Source: an uncultured Candidatus Entotheonella sp. (GTDB lineage Bacteria > Tectomicrobia > Entotheonellia > Entotheonellales > Entotheonellaceae). Taken from it: 64,000 nucleotides of DNA. The position numbers and the translations under genes were made by a program. Of the stretch, positions 62,973 to 64,000 are shown piece by piece (positions within the stretch are counted from its first letter, which is position 1; each line of letters opens with the position of its first letter). Under the pieces are notes generated by a model that was not told where the DNA came from, made no database searches, and saw only the letters and a list, made by a program, of their open reading frames with translations. Where the stretch lies: contig CBDCDA010000001.1 in NCBI GenBank assembly GCA_965215335.1, positions 800,001 through 864,000 on the forward strand. The letters are read 5' to 3'.

Positions 62973-64000
62973 ATGCTAAAAACCTGCTTATCCACTGTTG
63001 CAGTTCTGATTTGGTTGCTGACCTCCTGCCTTCTTCCCGCTGATGCCCAGGCCTCCAGCGAGCAGCCGTGCATGGTACCCGCCGGTCACACGCAAAACCC
63101 GGGGATCATCCTGCAGGCGCAACAGCTGGAATACTTCGAGTCCGAAAACCGTCTGGAGGCCACCGGCAAGGTGTCCGTGATCTATGGCGACACGCTGCTG
63201 CTGGCCGACAGCCTGGAGATGAACACGGACAGCGGCGTCGGCACGGCGACGGGCGACGTGCGGATGTCGACCCGCGAGGACCAGCTGCGGGCGTCGCGGG
63301 TGGACTTCGATCTCACCAACGAACGCGGCCTGGTTTACGACGCCAGCGGCGTTCTGGGCAACACGTATCGCGTCAGCAGCGAGCGTCTGGAACGCCACGG
63401 AGCGCAGCGCTTCGTGGCGCGGCGCGGGCGGTTGACAACCTGTACCGGGCGGCTTCCCGCCTGGGAACTCCGCGCTCGACGCGCCCGCTTTGGCGCGGGC
63501 AACTACGTGACGCTGCAGCACCCGTCCTTCCACGTCAAAGGCGTGCCCGTGTTCTACCTCCCGTACGCCATTTTCCCGCACCGGGACGCGCGCACCAGCG
63601 GGTTTCTGCCACCGCATCTGGGCAGCGACAGCGAGCACGGGGCCACTGTCAGGGGCGAGTTTTTCTGGGCCATGACGGAGTGGATGGACAGCACCTTCGG
63701 CCTCGAATACCTCAGCGAGAGCGGCTATCGGCCCTATGTGGAGTATCGCTACCGCCTCGACCCACAGTCGGATGGTCTGGTGCAGGGTGCTTACATTCGC
63801 GACCGGAAAACGGGCGACGACATGTGGCGGGTGTTCCTGCAGCAGCGGCAGGCGCTCGGCTGGGGTATCAGCGCCATAACGCAACTTGACCGGCGTAGCG
63901 AGCGCGACATCCAGCGGCGTTTTGCGCGTAACATTCGGCAAGAGGCGGTGATTCGCACGGCGTCGTTCGGCAGTCTCAGCAAGCGCTTCGCCAATGCCCG
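62973..64000 (+). CDS. lptD: LPS-assembly protein LptD, 3' truncated by window edge
   Basis: Not in the ORF track (runs off the end). Signal peptide, OstA-like A..LEY...ATG.V, TTC...P.W, GVPVFYLPY..FP...RTSGFL.P. Confidence 0.85.
   Translation, partial: MLKTCLSTVAVLIWLLTSCLLPADAQASSEQPCMVPAGHTQNPGIILQAQQLEYFESENRLEATGKVSVIYGDTLLLADSLEMNTDSGVGTATGDVRMSTREDQLRASRVDFDLTNERGLVYDASGVLGNTYRVSSERLERHGAQRFVARRGRLTTCTGRLPAWELRARRARFGAGNYVTLQHPSFHVKGVPVFYLPYAIFPHRDARTSGFLPPHLGSDSEHGATVRGEFFWAMTEWMDSTFGLEYLSESGYRPYVEYRYRLDPQSDGLVQGAYIRDRKTGDDMWRVFLQQRQALGWGISAITQLDRRSERDIQRRFARNIRQEAVIRTASFGSLSKRFANA

Overview
GC-rich bacterial window with five blocks. (1) 1-2722: 3' part of pqqE followed by an ABC transporter of the type usually found beside PQQ-alcohol-dehydrogenase loci. 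(2) 3048-34853: a Wzx/Wzy surface-polysaccharide locus in two convergent halves (GT4s, flippase, AsnB amidotransferase, Gfo/Idh/MocA oxidoreductase, ATP-grasp, DegT aminotransferase / Wzy, Wzz-like, GT4, GDP-mannose-epimerase-like). About 15 IS copies or fragments (IS5, IS427-like, IS481, IS66, IS630, IS4, IS701, ISAs1) break it up; most are decayed and several are nested. (3) 34868-38267: a 2-hydroxyacid dehydrogenase, an LLM/F420-type oxidoreductase, and two adjacent genes that the ORF track splits at an in-frame TGA. In both, the TGA sits exactly at the catalytic Cys position: an exported TlpA-like thioredoxin (WATW-U-GT-C) and an exported peroxiredoxin (FTGV-U-TQE). Each TGA is followed by a SECIS-like hairpin, so this is a tandem selenoprotein redox pair. 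(4) 38420-42529: a decayed defence cluster with frameshifted type I hsdM, a nucleotidyltransferase, hsdS carrying an in-frame DUF559 nuclease cassette bracketed by inverted ~68-bp REP-like repeats, and a TIR-like fragment. (5) 42562-64000: a degT-hisD-DUF4175-TPR/peptidase-moxR-DUF58-BatA/vWA-DUF4159 operon split by an oppositely oriented four-gene periplasmic NXR/Nar-like molybdoenzyme operon (all-Cys FS0 motif) flanked by duplicated host sequence, then DUF2059 and a partial lptD. No rRNA, tRNA or CRISPR array was seen. All family assignments come from motif recognition by eye, not database searches.
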